64,000 nucleotides of DNA from Callorhinchus milii (GCF_018977255.1 NW_024704743.1:47122001-47186000); one strand, 5' to 3'. Positions 26,547-39,208 are shown, numbered from the stretch's first letter. Notes: a model not told the origin generated them from the sequence alone. A program made the numbers and translations.

Positions 26547-28590
26547 CTCAACTCACCAGATGGCATGATTGGGTTAGAAAGGGGAGGGAAAAAAATCAAC
26601 AAGAATTTCTGTTCTCTAGTACATGTGTGGCCTTACCTGATGTTGCCACATGGTCACATGCCTTACTGGGTCATACAGGAAGAATGGTCACTTACATGAG
26701 GTACTGGAAGGCATCGGTGCCTCGACAACTCTGCCCAGAATGTCAATGTCTTCAAGAACGGAGTGGAAAACTGTGAACAGTGTATGGTACGCTGCACCTC
26801 AATGGGGCCGAGAAGGTCAGATAGATAAATTAACCTAATTCTTAGCATGAAGGAAGGGCTGAGAGCAGTTCTGAAAATAGTCTGAATTCCTGTGCGGTGG
26901 AGTTAGCAAGTGAATCAGTTAATATGGTTTCCAATTACAATAGTCTGTTCTTTCAATAAATGAACAGTGAACACATATAACATAACAGTAACTAAAGCAG
27001 AAGAAACTCCTAACACACTAACTCAGACAACAGCTCCACAAAGAACAACACACCAGATGCAGTTCATTTGTCTGCTGCCTCAGTCATGTCCAGTCACAAT
27101 AAATGTGACATTGAAAATGTTCAGTGTTTTGTTCTTTCTGCAATAAAACTGGCTCAGTGTCAGCATGTACAGTTACTTAGCACAAATCAAGGATTATTCT
27201 AATTTTTGCCTTTAAGAGAAAAGGAGTAAAAAGAAAGTGATTGAAATGAAAGAATTTGACTTTCATAGCTTTATATCATGTTGAAATGATTTACTGTCAG
27301 TAGCTATTTTTGTAGGCAAACACTTTCACACCTCAAATTGATTCTTGAAGCTAAACTGAATAAAAGACAATCTGACTCAAGGTAAAGATGGTTTTGTTAC
27401 AGAATGTCCGAGGATATTTGTCCAGTAAAGAAAGATTTATGATAACGAAGACTTGCTTTCTACTGGAATGTGAATGATGCCCTTCCTGAGACAAACAGTA
27501 AGTCCCTTCAAGCCTTCTATTTAAATTTGGCCAAATTTACACAGGAAAAAAATCAATGACTCAAAAAAAGTTGAATCGATTTTTAGTCAGTTATTCTCAG
27601 TCCTTATAAAAGTACTTCTATAAGGAAGATATCAACTATAAACGATATCTCAAGAAAAAATAATTTGCAATAGGAAACTCAACACTATGAGTCTTCAGAG
27701 ACATGGGGTAAGAGCTTGAAAATGGGATTAATATTAAAGGGTCATAAAAGGCAGCAGTGCTTCAGACACACTCTGGAGAGAAATTTCACCTGGTATTCTA
27801 TTAACATAATATTTTAGAGCATTTGGAATTTGTCAAATTCTTAAATATAGTCTTAATTTTGAAACTCGTTTTCTGTATCTTTCTATTATTAATAATAATA
27901 ATTTATTATTAACAGTTTTTTAAAAAAATCATTTAGAAGGATGTGTCAAACCGCTTCTCGGGATTTACTCTCCAATTTACTAGGTAGTGACTGTGTGTTG
28001 CAGGTGAGTGCAGCAGCCAGTTTCCGTACAGCAACATCACACAAGTAGCCATAGACGCAAGATTGAATTCAATACATTCAAATTCTGGATGTTCTAAGAT
28101 GCTTTCATTTCTCTCTAGATCGCTTTTGGCAAAATGGGATCCTCTTCTAAGCTCAAAATTTCAGTGTTTCTTTGATAGATCTGAAAAATCCAAGCAGGTT
28201 CCATCCAGCCTCTGGTCCCAGCAAAGCAACACAACCATAAAACCGAATCGTAATTATGCTTTGGGGTTCATTTATCTTTTAACAACAAAACAACACCTTC
28301 TGGAGGAATAGAGATTTTTAAAAAAAATCAATGTATTTACTGGTGAACTGGACAGATAAAATGTTCACTCATCAACCATTCTTGCTATTCAATTAGTGGT
28401 ACATTTAAAGACTGTTAATTGGAACTGCAGAGACAATATAGAATTGTTACACATATCAGATTATGTCTCCTAGGCAGACACAGTTTTGATTCAATACACT
28501 GGGAATAAATTAGCAGCAGAGAGAAAATACCTCCTGTTAATGAATTCACTCTTTTGGTTTACATGTTGACCAAATGGGCTTGCTGTCTTT

Positions 28591-29070
28591 AGAACATAAG
28601 AACATAAGAATTAGGAGCAGGAGTAGGCCATTCGGCCCCTTGAGCCTGCCCCGCCATGGCTGATCTTCAGACCTAACTCTAATTACCTGCCCTATCCCCA
28701 TATACCCTAATCCCTCTATTTTTTAAAAATCTATCAGTCTCAGCCTTGAAGATGTTCAAGGACTGAGCATCTACAGCCTTCTGGGGTAGTGAATTCCATA
28801 AATTCACTACCCTCTGAGTGAAGAAATGTTTCCTCAACTCTGTTCTAAAAGGCTGACCCATAATTTTAAGACTGTGACCCCTGGTTATAGATTCTCCTAC
28901 CAGGGGAAACAGACCCTCAGTGTCTACTTTATCCATCCCTTTAAGAATCTTATATGTTTCAATAAGATCTCCCCTAATTCTTCTGTACTCTAGAGAATAT
29001 AGCCCTAGTTTATTCAGCCTATCCTCATAGGTCAGTCCCTCATCCCAAGAACTAACCGAGTGAATTTAGA
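28591..29070 (-). mobile_element. CR1 LINE 3' end, relatively young
   Basis: ORF 28679..28936 ESITRGHSLKI...FFTQRVVNLWNSLPQKAVDA..LNIFKAETDRFL; tail agaacataagaacataagaa. Confidence 0.93.
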
Positions 29071-29179
29071 TAATACCCAACTCTGGAAATGACAATCTGA
29101 GAACAAGGCCATCAAATCATTTCCACAGTAATATGTAAGCAGCATCAATACACATTCTGATATTTTATACAGTGGCAAC

Positions 29180-29540
29180 AATAATAATAATCTTTGCATT
29201 TGATATAGCACCTTTCACATCACAGAGAATGGTTCAAAGCGCTTCGCAGGATGTAAAGTGTAGTGACTGTGTATTTCAAAGCAAAATCAGCAGACAATTT
29301 GCATACAGTAATGTGCCACAAACAGTCTTGGAATGAATGCCCAATTTTATTTGGGGCCCAATGGACAGGATATCGGGAGAAATTTTCATTTCACATTAAT
29401 GCCCACCTGACCAGGTAGATGTTGGAACTCCCAGCAGTGCACTGGGGTGTCAAGATGGATAAGTACAAAGTCCTGACGTGGGGCTTGAACCCACAACCTT
29501 CTGACTCGGAGGCGAGGGTGCTACCGATTGAGTCAGGTCG
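29180..29540 (-). mobile_element. Deu-domain SINE
   Basis: Head ggggcttgaacccacaaccttctgactcggaggcgagggtgctacc; tail at 29180. Confidence 0.75.
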
Positions 29541-30086
29541 AATTCAAAAATACATTGCCCTTTAAACTGAAATTACTCAATGAGTTAATGTTCAAATTTA
29601 ATCACAGCCTTAATTAAAGTAAATGACACAAACAAGTGGTGCCTAGCAAATTTGGATGGAGCTGAAAACAACGATCTATATTACTTTCAGGATTAGCATA
29701 TTCCAGCAAAGGTTCAGTGCAAATGTTCTTAAAAAAGAGCCATATTGAATAAAACATGATAGCATTAAACGGATTCTCTGTGCTGGGCATTGGAGCTAGA
29801 TCGACATCCTATTTAGCCAGCTTGTGCTGTGCAGCTTTAAGTAATTCAGCCTCATAAATTTCTTTATGACAAAAATGTCTGTTTGGCAGAGGTTGAGCAC
29901 ATTTTTGACTCAGGAAATGTGCCCATTAGATGAAGGGAAGTATTTCCTTCAATAGAATTTTGAAATTCACTCAATTCTGTAATCGCAGGGGAGTATTTGG
30001 CTTAATTTTTTTTTAAAACTTATTTTAGTCATGTCATTTTTGGATACGTTCTGTTTATATTGCCTTTCCTTATAGATTCCTTATAT

Positions 30087-30392
30087 GAAGTCCTATAGCT
30101 CAGTGGTTAGAGCACTCGCCTTGCAAGCGAGAGACCTGGGTTTGATTCCCGGCAGGGCGAAACCTTGGCAAGTTTCCTTACTCCACACGCCTGAAAATAA
30201 TCCCTCAAAAAAAAATTATAATTTGGTCACTCAATCCATGACTGTTTGTTGGGACACTGCTGCGCGCAATTGTTTGCCGCATTTCGCCCACAAATATACA
30301 GTCAATTCACTTTACAGTATATTCTGTAAAGCGCTTTGAGACGTCTGGAAGACGTGAAAAGCGCTATATCAAATGCAAGTATTATTATTATT
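30087..30392 (+). mobile_element. CORE-type SINE, short form
   Basis: Complete head, body and tail as in 36786-37113. Confidence 0.92.
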
Positions 30393-32584
30393 TTGGAAAC
30401 AGTGCTGCATATACACATTACTAATTGTTACCCACTTTATTAGAACATATCATTTAGTGTATCCTAGAATCAAAACCTATTGGTTTAAATGAAGAAACAA
30501 CTTTAGGACTGAATTTAAAAATGTTTCATATGATGTTAATTTACAGCATGATGTTGAATTTTGAGACACAATGGTCCTACAGATTAAAACTAGATGGAAT
30601 TTTAGGCCAATGACATGCCTACTGTTTTTGCAAAAATACTCTGTTTGCTTCCAAGGAGGTTATATCCAAAAGATGGATAGAGGGAGAAAATAACGGCAGA
30701 GGAAGACATGACTGTTCCTAGCCCACCGCCTTCCTAAACACCTTCTGTGTCAGCATCATTTATTCTTTCCTTTTTACTGGAGTACAGTTCAACAGGCATG
30801 GGTTGCCCACAAACATACATTCACTCCACTTTGCAGTCTATCCTCCCGATGTGAAAGGTGCTGTATCAAATGTAAGGATTACCGTATTATTAATATCTTT
30901 TTCAAGCACCCGTTGTGATCCTTGTCAGGGAGGCTTAGTAAGATAATTAACCATGGTATGGGGGGTGATGGGGTGAAGGTAGTGTCAGGCAGTTGTATAG
31001 AGAGGCGTATGCTTGATTGGCTGAATGACCTTTTCTCATTCCGTGCTTAGAAATTTTATTTTGAAGAATACTTTAAAAGCATTTATAAAAATAGACATAA
31101 CACACTGAAAACGCGGACTGAAATTCCACTTAAGCTGTAAGGCCAATTTGCCTTGATATTTGAGATTGCTGCGACAGATTAAGATCTGCTATATTTAATG
31201 CCATTCTTCTGTGACTGTCACTGTCACTGTAGCATGCTGTTTGTTGCTATTGTTGGAACTAGCACACCTACAAAAACTCCCCAACCTGATAAGAACACCC
31301 TGTGAAGATATTTTTAATCTCATGCTGACCTTTTATTCTCGCTTGCATTCAGTCCTCCCACCCACAATGTGGGTTCAGTCAAACATGTTGTACGTGGTGT
31401 AACCTTATCTACTTTACTGCAAAAATGCATCAAAGGGGATATTGTGGGAAATTCAACAAACAGGTTAAAATGAACCAATGGTCTACATCTTCCCTGAAAC
31501 TTACTGTTACTATTGTTACCAATAACACCACTAAGTTTCATTTAGTTACCAAAACAACAACAGATCGTAAACAAAGTCTTTAAGCCTCGAGTTTTTTTCA
31601 ATGGCACACACCTAGCACAGTACTGTATATAGATTGCATCTCAATGGCATTGATTACAGGTTCTCAAGTTGTGTGGTGCTGGGGGGAGTGGAGTAGCTTG
31701 CCACCAAGTGCTCCTGGGTTTCACAACTGGTCAGAAGTTGATTTATCATCACACCAACTTCTGACCAGTGGTGGATGTAATAAAAGGGTCGGGGAGTATG
31801 ACAGTGGGGAGAGGCCGGGAGAGGGGGTGGCTGTGGGAAAAGGATTAGGGTTGGGGGGGGGTGACAGCGAGGAGGGCAGCACCAACAAGTACACAGCACC
31901 TTGTACAACAAGCCAGAGGGAGTTCCCACGCCTCTAGGTCTTATGATTTTTTTGTGTGCGGTGTTGTTTCGGCTGCTACGATTTGTGTTCTTTTGGGCAG
32001 AGCCGTAGGACAGTACATGGGATTGCTTTGTGCAATGGAATGGGTGCTGTCTCAAACTGAATGCATTCCTTGGCTTTTCAAATCCTAGACTCATTTCTAA
32101 ATCACTCGTATAGAAACCAAAGAAATCAAAAACATAATGCAGCAATCCAGATAAGGTCTGTTATTAATCCCCTTTTTTTGTATAAAGCCATATTGGAGCT
32201 TTGGACATAATAATAACCCCATCATTGTTCTGCCCACATGCGTAAGTGATCACACATAAAAGGCAGAAGCTGTAATGCGCTGATATTTATGCTTCCTCCG
32301 GATGCTGCACAAATGCAGTCGATTTTACAAGTGTAAATATTTTGATTGCCCCACAGGCGATCCAACAGCACCAGTCAAGTAAACTGTGAAATTCTGCACA
32401 GCCATAATCCGCTTGAAGAGCCCTGGAGACAAGCTGCATTTGTATCCGAACAGTCACAAGCCATTAAACACAATGTACAAATAGTAGGTGACGGCATGCA
32501 CTGTGGCATGGCCCTTACACTCAGTGGCACATGTTTGTTTTGGTGTTAAATCGCATCCTTTTCCAACATCAGTCTCCTCCTGTG

Positions 32585-32780
32585 ATAGACAAAAATGTAT
32601 GAGGGTGTGAATGTTCATATTGGAGAAGAGAAGATTCAGGGAAAATGATATGGAAGTATGCAAGATCTTAAAAGGCATTGATCATCCAATTTCTAATAAT
32701 ATGTTTAAAATAGTCAATAAATCCAGAACTAGGGTATATGGACTCAAGATCAGAAGAAGGAAGATGAATAGAGTTCAGAT
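32585..32780 (+). mobile_element. Old CR1 fragment
   Basis: ttcatattggagaagagaagattcagggaaaatgatatggaagtatgcaagatcttaaaagg and agaactaggg (RTRG). Confidence 0.7.
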
Positions 32781-32815
32781 TTAATTATTTGACGTAGATT
32801 AGCTCACAAATCTGT

Positions 32816-33105
32816 TAGCCTGGCTCAGCCGATAGTACCTTTGCCTCTAGATCTGAAGATTGTGAGCTTGAGCATCTGTCAGAGCTTACATCTAAAATAA
32901 AACACCACTAGAATGCTGAGAGAGTGCTGTTTTGTTAGAGGTGTCTTGCTTCGGACGAGGTATTAGACTGATGTCCCGTCTACCTGTTCAGGTGGATGTA
33001 ACTGATCCTGTGAAACTATTTCAAAAGAGAAGGGACCTTGACCAATGATCCTCAAATAAAATTGGTCATTCACTTCATAGCTGTTTGTGGAAAACTGCTC
33101 TGACC
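32816..33105 (+). mobile_element. Deu-domain SINE
   Basis: tagcctggctcag head and gtctacctgttcaggtggatgtaactgatcc core. Confidence 0.7.
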
Positions 33106-33639
33106 CAATATGATGTGAATGACAATGATGCATTTCTTAACACGTCAAGTAAAAACGATCAAGCCCATATTATGTTTCTAGACATTCCTGGGCTCTGAAA
33201 AAGAATTTGTAAAGTAGGGATCTTTTGGTGAATAAATTACAATCATTGGTTAGGGTCAGGTGCCTGCTGAGAAGCATCCTGCTCTTGCGGTAAACAGATT
33301 ACTGAGTGACAATATTCTTCCTTAAAACTCTGCTTGTGTTATCCCTGTAAATACAAGGGGTAGAAACACAGACGACCCAGCATTTCTGTTTATATCATTT
33401 ACAGCACTCCCTAGGATTGATCCATCTTTCCTAATGTGCACTTGAGAGGCAGATGACCCGATGGACTGCAAGTCAAAACCAATTACAGCAATTTCCAAGA
33501 TTTAGAGAAATTCAATACAAAAATGTCAGCCAACAATGGACACGTTTTATCCATTTTAAAGCTGCAAAAAATGCAATAACATTCAACTAAATTTTTTGTT
33601 AACAAATCAATTAAAAACAGAGGCACATCTTTATTTTAC

Positions 33640-33731
33640 CTGATGCATGTGTCTGAAATTTCCTAACACTGGATCGTTTACAAGTGAAGACATTATTTTG
33701 TGCCTTCCATTTCCATTTTATTCCGCTAGCG
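33640..33731 (-). CDS. Candidate internal exon
   Basis: Acceptor ttttttcacag, donor CAG|gtaaaa; single open frame ASGIKWKWKAQNNVFTCKRSSVRKFQTHAS; phase-1 exit matches the entry of 24295-24455. Confidence 0.3.
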
Positions 33732-35732
33732 CTGTGAAAAAAATTAATGAATCCACTTGACCTTTCATGCACAATGTGCCACACTTTCAACTCAATTCAA
33801 TGTTTGTGCTCTGCCTCGGTGGCAAAATCATACAGTGCAGTCAAGTCTGATCCAAAGATGCAACTGGCAGGCACTTCAACATATTTCAGTGTAATCTAAG
33901 GTGATTGATTTTCTTCCACTGTCTGCAGAGGCAATTGAGAATCCACTTCAATAAAAAACATTACATTTACCTGAGATCTGCAGTCTATTGCTACTTCATG
34001 GATTTGCAGCAAATCACTTATATATATATAATATATATCAACCGCAACATCAGCAACATCATTAATTGTGGGTTAGACATCAACAACTAACTGTGGAGAG
34101 TAAAAGTTACAAAATGTAGTGGAAAATATAAAGGTAAATAATAATGTGGGTTCCTGAAGATTATGTAAAGCTCTTCAGATTTTTCAGTAAGTAAATATCC
34201 CATTTGGTAAGGTACTGTGACTCACAAACCACGTTTAATCCCACTCTGTACTGAGCTAGTTAATCTCAGCCAATATACAATTGATCTCAGTGTCCCTGGG
34301 CTATGGAGGACAGAATGAACCAGGTTTCTGAGCACTAAACAAGGGCACTCCTGTTGGAAGGATAGGACAGGACTTGGTTCCTAAACCCCCTTACACACGT
34401 GCACATACACACATGCGCTCATAGTAAAGATCCAATGGCACTATTTAAAATGAGAAGGGAGTTTCAATATACTGACTAATAATTTCTCACATGAATTGGT
34501 GATTTGCTCTTACCTATTTTCTCTTTGTGGGACCTTGCTGTGTGTAAAATAAGCTGTCGCCTTTGTCCACAAAAACAATGAATACACAGTATTTAGCATA
34601 AACTGCTTTGAAAAGGTTTGAGGTAATAAGGTGCTGAAAAAATGTACATTTGTTTCTCTTCTTCAGACGCAGAGTCAAACTTCACCATTGCTAAGCACTC
34701 CAAGATGCTATTCCAGGTGAAAGGCACTATATAAATGCAAATTGTTTTTGTTGGGACATTTGGTTGATGAGCGAACCATCCAAACATAGATGCACACTGA
34801 CATGTTATCACAGCCAACACAATACGATATAGTGCCTTTTAGGTCAGGAGGATGTCTCAAAGCCAAAAAATCTACAGTGTACCGAAGGCCTTGGGAGGTA
34901 TTTATGTATTGTTCACATGTCCTTATTCTGAAAACTCCTCACCAAAAGGGCCCTTTCTTTATAGCTGCGTTACGGAGCCACATAAAAAGTACATAAGATG
35001 TACATAAGAAGTGTTTATAAATGGATTGAGGGTATGGCTTCTTTGTTAGGAAGAGAAGAAACTTAAAAATCATGCCATTCAGCCCATCGTGCATGTAGAG
35101 CATCAGTTTTCCACTGGACCTATCCTCTTTAAACCCATTTGTTTCTTTCTCCATATCTTTTATTCTTCAACTGCCTGTTTAATTTAAAATGCATAACGCA
35201 ATTTCAATAACTATCTGGAGTAGAACATTCCATGCTCTAATAACACTTTATATGTATAAAAGAATAGCAGATAGTAAATAAGATAGATCATCTTATTATT
35301 ACTATATATATATTATCATATATACATACTAATAAAACGACAATGTCTATCTGCGCTTCAAGAAGAATCTCAATAACCGACTGACATGATTTATACCTCA
35401 TCGGAAAGGTCATGCATCTGGGAGTGACAGGAGCATATTTGTTTTCGAGTATCTCCTATCGTTCATGAGTTATTTTAGTTATGCATTTTTCGCTGCAGTT
35501 ACACCTGGTGGCTGCCGAGTCAAAGTGGTCTTGTGGCATTGTGCATCACAGAGCACATATGCATATATGTACACACTGCAGTACACTTGGTGGCTGCGCC
35601 AGCTGACTGCGTCCCTGTGGTATCCTGAATCACAGAACACGAATGTAGCCAAGCGGCAACGGGAACAAAATAAGGAACACAGACGAAGCTAAGCCACAGC
35701 AACAACAACAAAATTACATTTTTAAAGCGCCG

Positions 35733-35771
35733 AGTCCTCCCACAGGAGTCCTCCCACAGTAGTCCTCCCAG
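35733..35771 (+). repeat. 14-bp tandem repeat, nearly 3 copies
   Basis: agtcctcccacagg agtcctcccacagt agtcctcccag. Confidence 0.9.
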
Positions 35772-36785
35772 AATAGTATAAAGATGAAATGTCTGTGTGT
35801 GTGTGTGTCAATCTATATTCCATATTGGATCCTTAGGTTACAGCCTTAAATTTTAAGCTACACTATATAACACAGCAGTAGGGTAATGGCGAGATTATTA
35901 TTTTGCACCCTATTTATTGTTCTGAGGGTTGGAAATCATGTCATCCACAATGTGGTATTTAGCAGCCAAACCAGTATCAACAATAATAATCTCACATTAA
36001 TACCATTTCCAAGTGTGAGTAAAGGCCAGCAAGCAGAACAGACCAACGGCTGTGGAGCTTGGCAATCTGTTTTTCAGACTTTTGCCAATTTTGGATTTGA
36101 AGATTTTACAAACTGGAAATCACAATCAACACAACAAATCCAGTTTGTGAATTGCACAAATTAGATCCACATATTTTACTAATGGTTTAGAAATAATACA
36201 CTGCAGGATTTGCAAACAGTGAATTTTTTGTGACTGTCCAATATAGCTCAATGCAGTAGGATTGGAATCATTTCAGCTGACAGTTTGACGATGGGAAATA
36301 TGCCAAAAATCCAGAAGCATTTAAATCTGCACTGACTCATAGCAACAATTCCGTTTAAACTGATCCCACTTCGCTCCATACTGGTGTTGTTGACGATGAG
36401 AAAGCATATCTAGATGAGTTAATTGACTCCCTGCAAAATGAATTAATGCAGGAACAATAGGAAGCACTGTATTGCATGCCCAGCAGCACACGAGAGGTAT
36501 CAGAGTAGGCCGCACACTGCCACAGGGTATCCATATCCATTGGTCCACTGAGCTCTGCAGACAGCCACTATTCCTTTCAAACAGACACGCAGTATTAATA
36601 TCAGTCACCAAACTGCTGTTTGACATCTCCGCTCAGTGCTTCCTGCCTTCTGTTCAGTGCTCCCTATCGTTTCTGTGAAGCTCCTCGAGACTTCATCCGC
36701 ATGAATAGTGATGCTGTAAGAGTGCAAATTGTACTGCATTGTACAACTTTTGTTTGGTTCATTTTTTTCCACATCTTACACTTGT

Positions 36786-37113
36786 GGAGTCCTGTAGCTC
36801 AGTGGTTAGAGCACTCGCTTTGCAAGTGAGAGATCTGGGTTCGATTCCCGGCAGGGCGAAACCTTGGGCAAGTTTCCTTACTCCACACAGAGCCTAATAA
36901 TAATCCCTCCAAAAAAACAAAACAATAATAAATTGGTCATTTTCAATCCATGACTGTTTGTGGGACATTGCTGTGCGCAATTGGCTGCCGCGTTCGCCCA
37001 CAAATATACAGTGAATTCACTTTACAGTGTGTTCTGTGAAGCGCTTTGGGACGTCCTCCCGACGTGAAAAGCGCTATATCAAATGCAAGGATTATTATTA
37101 TTATTATTATTTA
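36786..37113 (+). mobile_element. CORE-type SINE, short form, young
   Basis: A-box tagctcagtgg, B-box ggttcgattcc, CpGs retained, tail gggacgtcctcccgacgtgaaaagcgctatatcaaatgcaagg(ATT)n. Confidence 0.95.
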
Positions 37114-38664
37114 TTTGTTGTGTGCAATTGGCTGCCACGTTTCGCCCAAGGTTATTATTATTATTATTTATTGGGGCGCAAGATATTTTGGATTAAAACT
37201 GAATGTATCTGAGGTGTGTAAATCCATCCACAAAACACACAGTCAATTCATTTAACAGTATATTCTGTGAAGCGCTTTAAGACGTCTCAATAACGTGATA
37301 AGGCGCTATATCAAATGCAAGGATTATTATTATTATTATATCCAGCCTTTGTTCTCGATCTCTTGAGCTCTCACTCTTGCCTCTTGTGTGCTGCCTATGC
37401 CTCCTTGGGGGATGTGTTACCTCTCTACTAGCTGAGTTCTTAGGTGAATGAGTATAACTGATGGATTTCTATATATTCAATCATGAGCATGAAGGCAATA
37501 CTGAAAGTCTGATAGTTTTTGCAACTAACACTGATGGATCTGAATCATTGCCAAGGACCCTTTTATAATCAGTACTTTCAAAGAGGATGCCTAGTATCAC
37601 TTGTGCAGGCATAGAAACATTGCGAACATGACAGTCACTGGGCTTCTTCTGTGGTGATGACATGAGCAGAGCCCATCTCAGTCCAATGCCCAATGGTCAG
37701 TGTGAGCAGAGAGCTTTGAGCTTCAATGAGCTTTCGCAATCCCTTCCTCATATTTGCCAGTATCTGTACTGTGGAAAACCAGCTTCAAAATTAAAGGTTG
37801 AATTAAAAATTGTCCAAAGTATCTCACAACCTTAAATTTTAAGACCAAGGTCTTGAGGCTCACACTGAGAAATTCTTGGCCTTGGGCTTGATTTGCATTT
37901 CACCTGTCAACGAGAATAGTCATGGAAATCAAAAGGGATTTAAATCAATAATTATCTTGTGATCTCATCTAGGATGCCAATGGCTTAACTTCTAGATATA
38001 ACATAGCTTGTTGGTGATGAGAGCTCCACTGCTCTGAGAGCCACATTTCAAAATGAGATTCCCAAAGCAACCCAGCAGTTGCGAGATCTAAGGTTATTCT
38101 CATACAGGAGTTATTTATTAACATACACATCACTTAATTAGTACGCCACAAAGGACACATCCAGCAGCCTAAGCGCAGCAATTGCTGAAATTTTTAGCAT
38201 TCTTAAATGAGATTCAAAATGTCTACATTAATCAAGTGGATGCCTTCAACATTCTCCCCAGAAAGCACACAAGATCAGTTATACAAGGTACGGTTACACT
38301 GCAGTGTAATGCCTGAAGATGACATTTGGGAAAGCATCAAACTGCAGGAAATGAATCCAGAAATATCAGCATAGAGTGAGACACCTGCTGCATAATTTTG
38401 ATTAAAAAAATATATTGAGTTGTTCTCATGTAAAAGACTTGGTTCAAATGTAAGCCCGCTGTGCTGTCTTAGTCCACCTTGCTTTAGTCGACCAACAGGT
38501 TTGCCGAGGCATTCCTATTCGGACCATGCAATTCAACAGAGCGTGTTTTACAACGCAATGACTTGGGTAGACTTTTCACAAGTATCGGCTAGAGTTGCAA
38601 ACACCAAGCTTGCACGTTCACAGTTTAGAAACCAAATGCAAAATAAACAGAGCGGTTTATACAC

Positions 38665-38822
38665 CACTTGCTTCATGTCCCCCACCCTATCAGCCCCACT
38701 GTCAATGGGTGGCCTTTCAGCCATTGTGCCCCCGCTCTCTGGAAATCCATCTCAAGAGTCCCTGCAACTCCAATCCCTCCCCTATTTCAAGGCATATCTC
38801 AAAATGTACCTCTTTGACCACT
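38665..38822 (+). mobile_element. L2 C-terminal fragment
   Basis: ggtggcctttcagccattgtgcccccgctctctggaaatcc ... FKAYLKMYLFDH. Confidence 0.7.
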
Positions 38823-39208
38823 AATAGAGAATGAGAGCTGGGTTTAGACCATTATGAGATAAGTTAGTTTTACCCCAGTGATGATGTGTTGTTGTAATAG
38901 TAATCCTGCTTAGTACAAGAGGAACCACAGGTTCAGACCACAGGCAATCTTTCCCCCACCTCCGCCTCTGCTCGAAACCCGGTTGAGTAATCCAGCATTT
39001 GAGACATCCTCCTGATGTGAAAGGCACTGTATAAACGTAAACTAATTTGTATTGTATAGTATCTAGACCAAAAGCTAGTATTATATCACCGCTTGCTGAA
39101 ACAGGTCCTCATTACAAACCTACCTTCATTAATAGCGCTTCTATGGGCAGCAGCACTCCAGTGATCAATTCAATCATTGGGTCCAATACCACTTATATAT
39201 TCACAACA

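Noticed and set aside
31196..31268. Minus-strand CASSNNSNKQHATVTVTV resembling the end of an Ig domain
   Set aside because: No upstream Trp/Cys or D-x-G-x-Y motif; TVTVT arises from a 6-bp microrepeat and a stop follows.
35570..35625. Minus-strand GYHRDAVSWRSHQVYC as half of a sushi (IL-15Ra-like) domain
   Set aside because: No good donor in a compatible phase, no first half of the domain found, and it lies within the Helitron-like block.
36787..36860. tRNA-Ala(TGC)-like cloverleaf (also at 39891, 52396, 30087, 17747 and 10431 on the minus strand)
   Set aside because: It is the SINE head: always followed by the same body and tail, with a mismatched first pair and U3:G70 rather than the G3:U70 alanine identity pair.
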